A DNA stretch of 64,000 nt from Candidatus Magasanikiibacteriota bacterium (lineage in GTDB: Bacteria > Patescibacteriota > Patescibacteriia > Magasanikbacterales > GWA2-37-8): positions 256,875 through 320,874 of the forward strand of contig CAWJAS010000001.1 of NCBI GenBank assembly GCA_963840935.1. Reading direction: 5' to 3'. Under the pieces are notes generated by a model that worked only from the letters and a program-made list of their open reading frames with translations, was not told the DNA's origin and did not search any database. Numbering within the stretch: position 1 is the first letter of the stretch; each line of letters starts with the position of its first letter. Shown here one piece after another: positions 48,787-59,900 of the stretch. Both the position numbers and the translations under genes were made by a program.

Positions 48787-51537
48787 ATGCAGGAAAAAAT
48801 CATAATTAAAGGCGCGCGGGAACATAATTTGAAGAATATAAATCTTGAAATTCCGCGCAACAAAATGATTGTGTTCACAGGACTGTCCGGCTCGGGCAAG
48901 TCCTCTTTGGCATTTGATACGATTTTTGCCGAAGGCCAACGCCGTTATGTGGAATCTTTGTCCGCTTATGCCCGACAATTTTTGGGCGGAATGCAAAAAC
49001 CGGATGTTGATGAAATTGAAGGATTGTCTCCGGCCATTTCCATTGACCAAAAAGCGCACAGCGCCAACCCGCGCTCCACGGTCGCCACAATCACCGAAAT
49101 TTATGATTATTTGCGCGTTTTGTTTGCCCGCGTTGGTACGCCATTTTGCCCGATTTGCGGTCACAAAATTGAGAAGATGACAGTTGATGAAATAAAAGAA
49201 AAAATTATTGATGGCGTCGAATCAATCGTCGCGTGTCATCCCCGCGTCCCGAAGGGATCCCTTTGGGAAAGACGGGAATCCAGACAACAGATCCTTCACT
49301 CCGTTCAGGATGACAAAATGAGATTGCCACGTCGCTCTTCGGTCGCTTCTCGCAATAACACTATCAAAGAACTTGTTATTCTTTCCCCCGTAGTTCGAGG
49401 AAGAAAAGGGGAGTATTACCAGATGCTTTATGATTTGTATAATTCCGGTTTTGCCGAAGTGCGAATCGATAATAAATTTTATGGTTTGAAAGACAGGATA
49501 GTTTTGTCAAAAAATAAAAAACACACGATTGAAGTGGTAGTCGACAGAATATTTTTTGATGATGCTAAAAAATTAAATAGTGACAAAGAATTAAAACAAA
49601 GATTTGCCGAAGCGATTGAGACAGCAGTTGATTTGTCCAACGGACTCGCGAATGTTGTTTTCCCCGATAAAAATGAACAAATTTTTTCCACGGAATATTC
49701 ATGCCCGAATGACGGTTTTAGCTTTCCGGAAATTGAGCCTCGTCTTTTTAGTTTTAATAGTCCTTATGGCTATTGTGAGGCTTGCACCGGCCTTGGCACG
49801 AAGGAATTATTCAGCGAAGAGATTTGCCCCAAATGCAACGGGAAACGCTTGAATGACAATGCTTTGAGCGTGCGTATTTACAATAAAAATATTTGGGAGA
49901 TAGTATCCATGACAATTTCTGAAGCGCGGGAATTTTTTACACATCTGGAAAATAATTTGGGAGCGAAAGAAAAAGAAATTTCCGGAGCGGTGATTCGGGA
50001 AATCAATAACCGACTGGATTTTATGTTTAATGTTGGTTTGCACTATTTAACTTTGGAAAGACGAGCCGGATCGTTGTCTGGCGGTGAAGCTCAGCGAATA
50101 CGCCTGGCTTCGCAAGTCGGCACGCGTTTGGTTGGCGCTCTTTATGTTTTGGACGAACCGACAATCGGATTGCATCAGAAAGACAATGAACAGCTGGTAA
50201 AAACTTTGCGTAATCTTTGCGATATTGGTAATACGATTATTGTGGTTGAACATGATGAAGACACGATACTTGCGAGCGATTGGGTGGTGGATATCGGACC
50301 GGGTGCCGGTAAACACGGCGGAGAGATAGTTTACTCGGGACCGCTCGATGTCATTCTGAACGGAGCGAAGCGAAGTGAAGAATCTTTGGAAAATAATAAA
50401 GGATCCTTCGCTATCGCTCAGGATGACAAAACGGACTACTACGCTATCGTTGGCAACCCGATAGCTTCTCTCACCGGTCAATATTTACGAGGAGAGAAAA
50501 AAATTGCCATGCCTGATAAGCGTCGGAAAGTTGACAATACAACGCCGAAATTAAAAATTAAAGGAGCGGTAGCTCACAATTTAAAAAATATTGATGTTCA
50601 AATTCCTTTGCGCCGTTTTGTTTGTTTAACCGGAGTATCCGGTTCGGGCAAGTCAACGTTAATGCACGATATAATCGAGCGCAATTTACAAAATAGATTT
50701 TTTAGGATGAACAAACAATCGGGCCAAGTAAAATCCATTACCGGCAGTGAATACTTAGACGGCGTAATTACCATTAATCAATCGCCGATAGGGCGTACCC
50801 CACGTTCCAATCCGGCAACATATACCAAAGCATTTGACCATATTCGCGAAATATTTTCCGCCACTCCCGAAGCCCGAATGCGCGGATTTGGCCCGGGTAG
50901 ATTCAGTTTTAATGTGCCCGGAGGAAGATGCGAAAATTGTGAAGGGCGTGGAGCGCTCCAAATTGAAATGCATTTTTTGCCGAGTGTAGAAATTGTTTGT
51001 GACGTATGCAAAGGCAAAAGATTTAATCAAGAAACTTTAGCCGTCCACTATAAAGGAAAAAATATTTCTGATATTCTAAATATGACGATAGAAGAAGCGC
51101 AGGTGTTTTTTAAAGATATTCCGCAGATAAACGATAAGCTAAAAATGCTTAATGAAGTTGGCTTGGATTATTTGACGTTGGGTCAGTCGGCCACCACGCT
51201 TTCCGGCGGTGAAGCCCAGCGAATAAAATTATCAAAAGAATTATCAAGGTATGGCCACACAAAAACCCTCTATCTTTTGGATGAACCGACTACAGGATTG
51301 CACTATGATGACGTAAAAAAATTATTGGAAGTTTTACAGCGTCTTGTTTCTCAAGGCAATACCGTTTTGGTAATCGAACATAATTTGGATGTTATTAAAT
51401 GCGCCGACTGGGTAATTGATTTGGGTCCGGAAGGCGGGGATAAGGGCGGTGAATTAGTTGCCGATGGTACTCCTGAAGAAGTGGCGAGAAAATCAGGTAG
51501 TCATACCGGTTTTTATTTGCGGAGATTTTTAAAATAA
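48787..51537 (+). CDS. uvrA: Excinuclease ABC subunit A with two palindromic-insert sites
   Basis: GAREHNLKN, TGLSGSGKSSLAFDT, two LSGGEAQRI, GRTPRSNPATY, Zn fingers. Confidence 0.97.
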   Translation: MQEKIIIKGAREHNLKNINLEIPRNKMIVFTGLSGSGKSSLAFDTIFAEGQRRYVESLSAYARQFLGGMQKPDVDEIEGLSPAISIDQKAHSANPRSTVATITEIYDYLRVLFARVGTPFCPICGHKIEKMTVDEIKEKIIDGVESIVACHPRVPKGSLWERRESRQQILHSVQDDKMRLPRRSSVASRNNTIKELVILSPVVRGRKGEYYQMLYDLYNSGFAEVRIDNKFYGLKDRIVLSKNKKHTIEVVVDRIFFDDAKKLNSDKELKQRFAEAIETAVDLSNGLANVVFPDKNEQIFSTEYSCPNDGFSFPEIEPRLFSFNSPYGYCEACTGLGTKELFSEEICPKCNGKRLNDNALSVRIYNKNIWEIVSMTISEAREFFTHLENNLGAKEKEISGAVIREINNRLDFMFNVGLHYLTLERRAGSLSGGEAQRIRLASQVGTRLVGALYVLDEPTIGLHQKDNEQLVKTLRNLCDIGNTIIVVEHDEDTILASDWVVDIGPGAGKHGGEIVYSGPLDVILNGAKRSEESLENNKGSFAIAQDDKTDYYAIVGNPIASLTGQYLRGEKKIAMPDKRRKVDNTTPKLKIKGAVAHNLKNIDVQIPLRRFVCLTGVSGSGKSTLMHDIIERNLQNRFFRMNKQSGQVKSITGSEYLDGVITINQSPIGRTPRSNPATYTKAFDHIREIFSATPEARMRGFGPGRFSFNVPGGRCENCEGRGALQIEMHFLPSVEIVCDVCKGKRFNQETLAVHYKGKNISDILNMTIEEAQVFFKDIPQINDKLKMLNEVGLDYLTLGQSATTLSGGEAQRIKLSKELSRYGHTKTLYLLDEPTTGLHYDDVKKLLEVLQRLVSQGNTVLVIEHNLDVIKCADWVIDLGPEGGDKGGELVADGTPEEVARKSGSHTGFYLRRFLK
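49234..49360. mobile_element. Composite nested palindromic insert in uvrA
   Basis: TGTCATCCCCGC..GGGAATCCAG arm with nested TCCCGAAGGGATCCCTTTGGGA; then AGATCCTTCACTCCGTTCAGGATGACA arm; then GATTGCCACGTCGC..CTCGCAATAACA arm. Confidence 0.8.
50349..50428. mobile_element. Palindromic element in uvrA (second family)
   Basis: TGTCATTCTGA...TCAGGATGACA; inner GAAGAATCT/GGATCCTTC; 78 bp core reads VILNGAKRSEESLENNKGSFAIAQDD. Confidence 0.88.
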
Positions 51538-51559
51538 AAAAGAGGCGGTTAGCCTCTTT
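51536..51559. terminator. Probably bidirectional terminator between uvrA and the convergent gene
   Basis: AAAGAGGC/GCCTCTTT stem with an A run upstream. Confidence 0.75.
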
Positions 51560-51578
51560 AAGATCGGATGAGAGCGGA

Positions 51579-51903
51579 TTAATGAGCGGAGTTGCGGAGA
51601 GAAACAGTGACTTTGACGATTCCGGTTTTGCGGTTGATGACTTTGAAGGCATTGTAGCCTTGTTCGCGAAGATGCGAGATCAAGTCGTTTGCGATCTCAT
51701 CATCTGTCCCGGGCATGATAATTCTTCCGCGAAAAAGATCGGTGAAAAAACCGCCTATGCCAGGCCGTCTTTCGGCGATATAATTTCTATAGATATGAAC
51801 AGCCGTTTCATTTCGCCCATTTTTTCTGGCGCGATTCAATTGATAAAGAGCTGCGCGAATTAATTCGGATAAAATCTTTTCACGTATCTTGCTTGTTAAG
51901 CAT
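51579..51903 (-). CDS. Hypothetical ~108 aa protein (ATG at 51903 is one base out of frame with the ORF)
   Basis: Strong SD GAAAGGAG and TTGACA-N16-CATAAT on minus; frame open from ~51899 through the 51839-51579 ORF; own terminator. Confidence 0.55.
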
Positions 51904-51931
51904 TTATTCTCCTTTCTGTGTATTCACCATT

Positions 51932-53212
51932 ATGCCAAAAAATATGAATTTGTCAAGAGGTATATCGGTCGACAAACAATCATTAAAAAATATTCCGAGC
52001 AAACCGGGTGTTTATTTGTTTTATACAAAGAAAAAAGAGTTAATTTATGTGGGCAAGGCGATTTCCCTGAAAAACAGAGTAAAAAGTTATTTTTCCGGGC
52101 CAAAAAATCATCGCCCAATAGAATTGATGATACACGAGGTTTATTTGATAAAATACGTTGTAACCGATTCCGCATTGGATGCCATTATTCTTGAAGGAAA
52201 TTTAATAAAAAAATATCGTCCAAAGTACAACGTTTTGTGGAAAGATGATAAAAGCTGGAATTACATCACCATCAGCAAAGATGAATATCCCAAAGTTGGA
52301 ACCGCGCGGGAACGTGAGTTGAGCTTGTTGACTGACAGTCAGATAACAAATAATTATTGTGCTTTATTTGGTCCTTATCCCGGTCTTAAAACAAAGGAAA
52401 CGATGAAAATTTTACGAAGAATGTTTAATATTTCCACGTGCACTTCGAATGCCAAAAGAGCTTGCCTTTATCGTCAAATGGGTGAATGTTTGGGTGTTTG
52501 CACCGGAGAAATTTCAACCAACGAATATAAAAAAAAAGTAATCACACCTCTTAAATTATTTTTGGAAGGGAAAAAAGAAAAATTGATTCAAAAAATTAAG
52601 AAGGCAATGATGTCGGCTTCAAAAAATCAGAATTTTGAAGAAGCTGGTCGTTTACGAGATACGATAAAATCACTTCAACATGTCAAAGATATTTCTTTAG
52701 TAAATGATTCGTTCATTAAAGAAAAATTTGAAAATACTAACGGAAAATTTTTGGTAAAACGAATTGAAGGGTATGACATTTCCAATCTTGGTGTTGCCGA
52801 CAAGGTCGGCTCAATGGTTGTTTTTGATTCTAATGAGCCGATAAAGTCGGAATATCGTAAATTTATTATTCGTTCAATAAAGGGTCAAAGCGATGTTGGC
52901 TGTCTAAAAGAAATAATATCAAGACGACTAAATCGAAAAGATTGGATGTTGCCCGATATAATATTGGTTGACGGCGGTATTGCTCAAATTCGAGCAGTTA
53001 AAAAAACTCTTCAAGAAAAAAATATAGCAATTCCAATCGTGGGTATCGCTAAAGGCCAAAAAAGATTAAGAAATGATTTTTATTTAATCTCGAGAAATCC
53101 GGCAGTAATAGATTGGACGAAAAAAAATAAAAATTTGTTAATTCGTGTTCGCGACGAAGCGCATCGTTTTGCGATCGCTTTTCATCGTCAGAAAAGACTT
53201 ATTTTAAAATAA
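51932..53212 (+). CDS. uvrC: Excinuclease ABC subunit C, short form
   Basis: GIY-YIG PGVYLF...YVGKA..LKNRV, UVR domain FEEAG.LRD, RIEGYDISN, PD.ILVDGG, RDEAHRFA; no C-terminal HhH. Confidence 0.93.
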   Translation: MPKNMNLSRGISVDKQSLKNIPSKPGVYLFYTKKKELIYVGKAISLKNRVKSYFSGPKNHRPIELMIHEVYLIKYVVTDSALDAIILEGNLIKKYRPKYNVLWKDDKSWNYITISKDEYPKVGTARERELSLLTDSQITNNYCALFGPYPGLKTKETMKILRRMFNISTCTSNAKRACLYRQMGECLGVCTGEISTNEYKKKVITPLKLFLEGKKEKLIQKIKKAMMSASKNQNFEEAGRLRDTIKSLQHVKDISLVNDSFIKEKFENTNGKFLVKRIEGYDISNLGVADKVGSMVVFDSNEPIKSEYRKFIIRSIKGQSDVGCLKEIISRRLNRKDWMLPDIILVDGGIAQIRAVKKTLQEKNIAIPIVGIAKGQKRLRNDFYLISRNPAVIDWTKKNKNLLIRVRDEAHRFAIAFHRQKRLILK

Positions 53213-53239
53213 AAAAGGCGAGTGCTTGAAGCGCTCGCC
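53211..53239 (-). terminator. Terminator of the 53273-53545 gene
   Basis: GGCGAGCGCTT/AAGCACTCGCC-type stem with T6 on minus. Confidence 0.8.
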
Positions 53240-53272
53240 CGGACAAAGTCGAAAGAAAGAACGAAATTAATT

Positions 53273-53545
53273 TTAATAAAGCGCGGACGAATTGGGTTTG
53301 ACAGAGTGAAGACCCGCCAGCTTGAACAAGCTCGGGCAATCAGATTTGCATGCTCCGCATTTGGGGCAGTGATGCCATTTGCAATCCGGACAGCGATTAT
53401 CCGGCGTACCCACTATATCGGCTCCGCATCGCCAGCAATTATTGAAATAAATTGTGTTTCCACAATTGGGGCAGGCGAGTACGCTTGCGTATTGAGTCGG
53501 AACAAGTTCTTCAATACAGAAGGGGCACAGTCGTTTTTTTTCCAT
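53273..53545 (-). CDS. Small multi-CxxC zinc-ribbon protein (~90 aa)
   Basis: CPFC, CPNC, CWRC, CPDC, CPKC; AAGGA SD; TTGACG-N17-TATTTT on minus (53641-53613). Confidence 0.7.
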   Translation of the reverse strand: MEKKRLCPFCIEELVPTQYASVLACPNCGNTIYFNNCWRCGADIVGTPDNRCPDCKWHHCPKCGACKSDCPSLFKLAGLHSVKPNSSALY

Positions 53546-53729
53546 TTTCCCATCCTTTTTGCTTTTAGCGTCTTGACGACGCATTTGTTAAAATGAGCGG
53601 TTACAGTGTTCAAAAATAACACTTTTTTGAACAAACGTCAACCCTTTTTCCGTAAATGGCAAATATTTGAATATTTGCTATTTTTTTGTTATAATTTATT
53701 CAATAAATCATAACAATTTAAATAGTAAT

Positions 53730-54618
53730 ATGAAATTAAAAACTCTAATTATAGCGGTTATTTTGCTGGCAATAGCGGGTGTTTTTTTGATAATTAACCG
53801 TTCAATTGCCCCGACTGCCGACAATATTAAAAATAATCATGTAATAATCGATGAAACATCACCGGCGGATGAGGAAAAATTAACGGAAAAAAATTTGCCT
53901 TGGGTGGAAGTTTTATCCAGCTTGGTTGAAAAAAAGTCCGGAGAGGAGTGGCTGGAATTAATTTCCGGCGATCAGTTAAAAAGCGGTGATATTGTCAAAA
54001 CCGATTCTTCAGGGTTGGCCAATATTTATTTTCCCGATGGCTCTGTAATCAGGTTGGATTCCAATTCGCAAATTGTTATATCCGAAGCCGATTATGATAA
54101 CAATACAAAAACATTAAAATTAAAAATTAAATTATTGGCTGGAAGGGTTTGGTCAAAAATTTTTGAATTAGCCACAAATGAATCTTATTGGGAAGTGGAA
54201 ACCGCCAATGCCGTGGCTGCGGTCAGGGGAACGGCTTTTGGCGTGGAATATGAGAATAATGAAACGGTTGTCATCGGCTGGGAAAATACGGTTGAAGTGG
54301 AAGCGGTTGATATTTATAGCGGTCGCAATCTAGGTGTAGTCAACAGTATCGGCGAACAAAATATTGCGTATTAATGAAGCGACCGCAAGAATGAGTGTGA
54401 ATGAAAGATATGTTTTGTCGGATGCGGTGGATGATTTACCTTTGGAAATGCAAAATTTGGAGTGGGTTAAGAGGTCGATTAATGCTGACGTCGGTTTGTT
54501 TGAAGAGGAAGATACGAACGAAGATTTGATTGTTGATGGAATTGAGCAAGTTGAGCCGGAAGAAGATTCAATTGAGCTTCTTGACGTTAGCGCGCCAATT
54601 ATTAATCAGCGCAAATAA
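53730..54618 (+). CDS. FecR-domain membrane-anchored protein (apparent frameshift near 54362)
   Basis: N-terminal TM; GD.V.T...A.I.F.DGS..RL..NS, VET.NAVAAVRGTAF. Confidence 0.8.
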
Positions 54619-54624
54619 AAATAT

Positions 54625-56386
54625 ATGATGGGAAAAAAAACACCTTTTATCACTATTAGTTTATTTGTCGGACTGTTGTTCGCTTGGTCTTTTTGGAGTG
54701 GAATTTTTTCCGGTCCGGAAAACTTTTTTGAGGATTTGTTATTTTCGGCCAAACCGATTGACGGCCGTGTAGTTGTGCTGGCTGTTGATAATGAATCACT
54801 GCAAAAAATTGGCCAATGGCCTTGGCCGAGAGAAGTATTTGCGCAAAGCGATTGAAAATTTGAAAGATTACGCGCCAAAGGCGTTGGCAATCGACGTTTT
54901 ATTTGCCGAACCATCTCGCTTGGGTGAAGACGACGACCAAATTTTGGCTGATGCGTTTTCAGGTTCCAAATTTCCCATTGTTTTGGCTACCGAAGCGAAT
55001 AATGTGTTTTTATCCAAAGATAGTCTGCCTATGGCCGATTATTTTATGGAGCCTTTGGATATGTTTTATGGCACGTCGCAAATATTTTTGGGGCAAGTCA
55101 GCATTATTGTCGATAAAGATGGCGTGGTCAGAAAGTTTCCCTTGGAAGTGCGTGGCAGACAGAGTGGTAAAATTTACAAATCACTTTCATACGAAACCGT
55201 AATTCAAAGCGGAGCGGAAATTCCTCGCGCCAATTCTTTAAATTTGGTAAATAGAATCGTGTACGCCGCTCCGGCCGGTTCTGTAAGGACAATTCCTTTT
55301 TGGCGATTATACGAAAACTCTTCGGGTGACATGCTCAAAGACAAAATTATTTTTTTGGGTGCGACCGCCCCGGATTTGCATGACAGACGAACGGTTGCCT
55401 ATGGGCGCGAAAAAGACATGCCCGGAGTGGAAATTCAGGCAAATATCGCCAATATGATTCTTCAGGGGTATAGAATTAATCCGCTTTCAAAAAGCGTTAA
55501 CGCGTTATGGATTATTTTGGCCGCGCTTTTGCCGGCATTATTCTTTATTTATTTCAGACGTTTGAGGTTTGCTTTGATTGTTAGTTCTCTTGTCGGTATT
55601 TTTCACCTTGTGGCGGTAATTATTCTTTTCCAACAGGGGATAGCGGTTAATTTTATTAATTTGACTTTGGCTTGGATTATTTCCATCATCGGCCAGTTCG
55701 CTTATCGTTATTTTGTCGGTGAAAAAGAAAAACACCAACTAAAAGATATTTTTTCCCGTTATGTTTCCAAAGAAGTGGTTAAAGAAATAATCGACGACCC
55801 GTCAAAAGTTCATTTGGGTGGAGAAGAGAAAAAAATTACCGTATTTTTTTCCGATATTCGAAGCTTCACCACTTTATCGGAAAAGGCCGGGCCGGTTAAA
55901 TTGGTGCATATTTTGAATCGTTATTTCACCGCCATGACCGAAGAAATTTTATCTCAAAAAGGAGTGCTCGATAAATATATCGGCGACGCCATCATGGCTT
56001 TTTGGGGAGCTCCGATTGATGACCCGGACCAGGTTGACCACGCTTTATCATCTTCCATTGCCATGCTTCAAAAATTAAAAAAATTAAACAAAGAATTAGA
56101 AAAAGAAGGGATAGACCCGATCAATATTGGTATTGGTCTTTATACTGGTCCGGCTGTTGTCGGCAATATGGGCTCGGAAATACGTCTTAATTACACGGCC
56201 ATGGGCGACACGGTTAATGTGGCTTCGCGGTTGGAAGGGTTAAACAAAGAATTCAAAACAAACATAATTGTCGGCGAGAGTGTAAAGAATAATGCCAAAG
56301 GGAATTATGCTTGGAAATCGCTTGGCTCGGTTCAAGTTAAAGGGCGAGTTGAACCGGTTAGTATTTACACGTTAGATTTACCGTAG
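54625..56386 (+). CDS. CHASE2-domain class III adenylate/guanylate cyclase (apparent frameshift near 54848)
   Basis: D..SL..IGQWPWPR, D.DGVVR, PGVEIQA, three TMs, FFSDIRSFT, DKYIGDAIMA.WGAP, YTAMGDTVN.ASRLE. Confidence 0.92.
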
Positions 56387-56411
56387 TAAATAAATTAATA
56401 ATTTTAATAAT

Positions 56412-56735
56412 ATGGAGGATCAAAAAAAATCATTAGTTAATCCGGATTTTATTCAGGGCCAAATTATTTCGCGTCTTAATTTGGATTATTTGCCGGAAGA
56501 AGATAGGGTAAAATTACTGGACAGCATGGCTGAAGTAGTCAGCCAACGAGTTTTTTTGAAAGTTTTGGAATCATTGCCCAAAGAAAAAAGTGAGGAATTG
56601 GCAAAATTACTCGATACTGGCAGTGATGACCAAGTGGCGGAATTTATGGAAAACAATGTGGCAGATTTTTTGAAAATTTTGCAAACAGAAATTGACGCAG
56701 TGAGCGAAGGTTTAATAAAAGCGTCGCAAAAATAA
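56412..56735 (+). CDS. Small acidic helical protein (DUF5663-like, CPR-type)
   Basis: L.LD.LPEE....LL......V..RV pattern, recognised by eye only. Confidence 0.55.
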   Translation: MEDQKKSLVNPDFIQGQIISRLNLDYLPEEDRVKLLDSMAEVVSQRVFLKVLESLPKEKSEELAKLLDTGSDDQVAEFMENNVADFLKILQTEIDAVSEGLIKASQK

Positions 56736-56741
56736 ATTTGT

Positions 56742-56948
56742 ATGGAGGGAGATGATAAAAAAACAAATGATAATTCCGCGGATAACACCGAAAAAATTAA
56801 TAAGATAAACGGTCTGATTAATGATTTGCAAAATGAAATAAAATCTCTTGATGCCGAAGGAGAAGCAATTGCTGTGGCAATATTAAAAAATATTGACCAA
56901 ATTAAAATAAAAAAAATAAGCCAATTTATCAATAAAATTCCAGATTAG
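56742..56948 (+). CDS. Hypothetical 68 aa coiled-coil protein
   Basis: Tightly packed between neighbours in the same direction. Confidence 0.6.
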   Translation: MEGDDKKTNDNSADNTEKINKINGLINDLQNEIKSLDAEGEAIAVAILKNIDQIKIKKISQFINKIPD

Positions 56949-56949
56949 T

Positions 56950-59900
56950 ATGGGGCGGACAAAAAAAATTAAAAAAGAAGACAGGGATGAGGGCGCTTAT
57001 CCCATGCATTCCAAACCTTCATCCGGCGGTTATAAAATGAACGAAGAAAAGGCGGAGCCTGATTTGTCGGATGCTCTTTTGGAATTGGACCCGACAAAAG
57101 AACCCACCGAACCATCGTCCGAATCCGCGCCGGAAATACCGGCGGATGTTGAAATTGATTCTGCCGAAAGTGTACCCCAACAAAAAACAAATGAAATTTT
57201 AACAGCTCGTGTTGAATTAATAAAATCAATTGCCACGGCTCATGATAGATTAAAAGAAATTGACGACATGAGAGGGTTAAGAACAGAGGCGCAAAAAAGT
57301 AAAATCGCGAAAGTTTTTAAAAAATTAGAAAAAATTTCAGTCGGACTCAAAGAAACGGAAAATTTGCCGGTAAAGGAAATGGAAAAAAGAATAGAGCAAT
57401 TCAATAAGAGAATTGAAAAATTCAATAATAGAATATCGTCTCTCAAAAAAGAGATAAAAGAAATGGTGGATAAACTAATTGAAGAAGGAAAAGAGCCGGC
57501 AAAAAAATTTGTAGAAACTAGCAGACGGAAGATGGTTATACTGTTAAAATTGGGCAAGAAGTTAAAGCTTTAAGATGAAGTGGTGAGTTAGATGCTGGCT
57601 GGATTGTTGAAAGTATTGACGGAGATACAGTAACGTTGGATAAACGAAAGCCAGCAAAAAAGGCGGACTAAAAAATACGATGTTTTAATAAGTGATTTAA
57701 AAAAATGGAATGAGCAACCAAAAATTGTTGAACCTGTTACAAAAGAGGGAATAATCATTAAAAATGAAGATGATATAAAAATCGGACAAATTTTGCGTTT
57801 GAAGCGAACTAGTGGAGAGATGGACGATGGGTGGAAAGTTGACTTTATTTTGGACAAACAAGTTGCATTGCAAAAAGAAGCGCCTGACGGCACATTAAAT
57901 AAGGTTGTTTTACTATCTGAGCTTGTTGAATGGAACGGGACCGATATTCCACAGAAGAAAACAGCTCCGGATGTTAGTTCGGATACAGACGCCAAACTAG
58001 CTTGAAGATGTGTCTGCGGTTGAAGAAATTACGCCATCATCGGAAACAATCATGCCAACTCCGGAAACAATGGAAAATCCGCCGGAAGATATTTTTGAAT
58101 TGAAAAACACGGGCGAGATTAAAGAACAATATGAACTAATTCAAAAACTATCTTTGCGCTTGGGAGAAGCGCGGAACAGATTAAAAGAAGCGTTTGTAAA
58201 AAAAGAAAAGGCATCGGGTTTTGTCGGGAAATTCAAAAAAATGTTCGGTTCAAAAGATTCTGAAATCAGCCAACCAAGAATACGAGACCGCTTGGAATGA
58301 ATACGCGAATTTGCAAAAAGAAATGATTGAAGCAAGCCAAGCCCAAGCAGGAAATTTGCGTGAATTTTTGAACCAAGAATCAAGCGATTTGCAGGCAAAA
58401 ATCGGGGAGTATTATAAAGGAAAAGAAAATATTATTTCCAAGGTTTGGCGCCGTTTGGGCGAAATGAATCTGGCAAATTATTTGGAAAAAAAATCCGCCA
58501 CTGTTAAGGCAATGGAAGAACAGGGCGAGGAGATTGGAAAATGGGATAAATTTTGGGCTAATCGAGCAAAAGAATTGGAACAAAGCAATAAACTGTATAA
58601 AATCGGTGCCAAAGTTTTGAGCGTCAGATTGGGGCTTTCCATGGGTCTTCTTGGTGGAGGTATTTTTGGCATACCGGGCGCGGCCGTTGCCCGTGGCGCT
58701 TTTGTTGGCCTGGGTTCTGCCATGGGTTCGCGCCATTTGGAAGACGCGGCACAAAACAAAATTCAGCGCTGGCTTGGGAATCGCGGAGAATTTTATTCTT
58801 CAAGCGAAGAAGCGCAAAAGATAATGGCTGAAAAATACGGTCTTGTTGAAAAAACCATGGATGAAGGCGCGGACCCGAATGAACCGGAAGACAAAAAAAC
58901 CGTTCGCAGACGCAAAAAATTTGAAAAATTACTTGGGCAAGCGGAAAAAGAAATACTTGGTTTTGAATCATTGCCGGTTGATAAAAGAATAGAAAAAATA
59001 CAAGAAAAAATTTCCGCCATTGAGGCCTATGCCTATGTTAATGGATTGGATTTGTCAAAAGATACAAGTTATCAGCAATTGATAATGGCGCGCGAAATAA
59101 ACATGGAGAAATTTTTGTCGGAAAAAGCTGTGGAAATTGGCGATGACCGGCCGGTAGTTCGTCCGGATTCTTTGGAAGATGCAATGGCATTTTTGGAATC
59201 ACGAAAAAAAGAATTGGCAAAAACAGCAGAAAAAGTCGCTGGTGAAAAAAAATTACGCTGGGCCAAAAGATTGGTCTCAGTCGCGGTCGGAGCAGTATCC
59301 GGTACTTATGCCTATTTAGCCACTTTAAGTCGAGCAGAACTTTTTAACGGTGGCGGTTCCACAACAGAAGCCACTCCCGCGCCTATTGCGCCCGTTGTGG
59401 AAGCCGGAAGTCCTGCGCCAACTTCAAATATTGGAGAATTTGGGGTAGGTGAAAATGTTGTTATGGAGGATGAATTAGTACCAATGAATTCCGAAGATTT
59501 GGCAATGGTCAAAAATTTTGTCACGGTTGCCGATGGAAATGAAAAAGTAATGGAAGCTTTTAATAAAGCAATAAACGAAGGCCGTTCGCCAAAAGAAATT
59601 TATGAATCGTTCATGGTTCACAAAGGTGATGGTATGGAGAGAATTCTGCAGAGGCAATTAACCGTAAATCCCGAGAAATTTGGTTATCAGGGTGATTTGG
59701 AAGACGCAAACGCGATAAAAAAATGGGCCGGACGAGAAGCCAGTTTGATTGCGCAAAAACAGGGTATTGCCGACAAATATTTTGTTTATAATGAAAATAA
59801 ACCTCAGTTTTTAATTTTAAATGAAGATAAATCAGTTGATTCTCTTGGCCGTCTTCACCATGTCTCCGAAATTTTAAAAGCCAAAGCGGTTGAGGCGGCT

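Noticed and set aside
57576-57578. In-frame TGA as evidence for genetic code 25 or selenocysteine
   Set aside because: It aligns with Thr in the sister repeat (a TCA to TGA change is plausible), TGA ends leuS normally, and long ORFs are open under the standard code.
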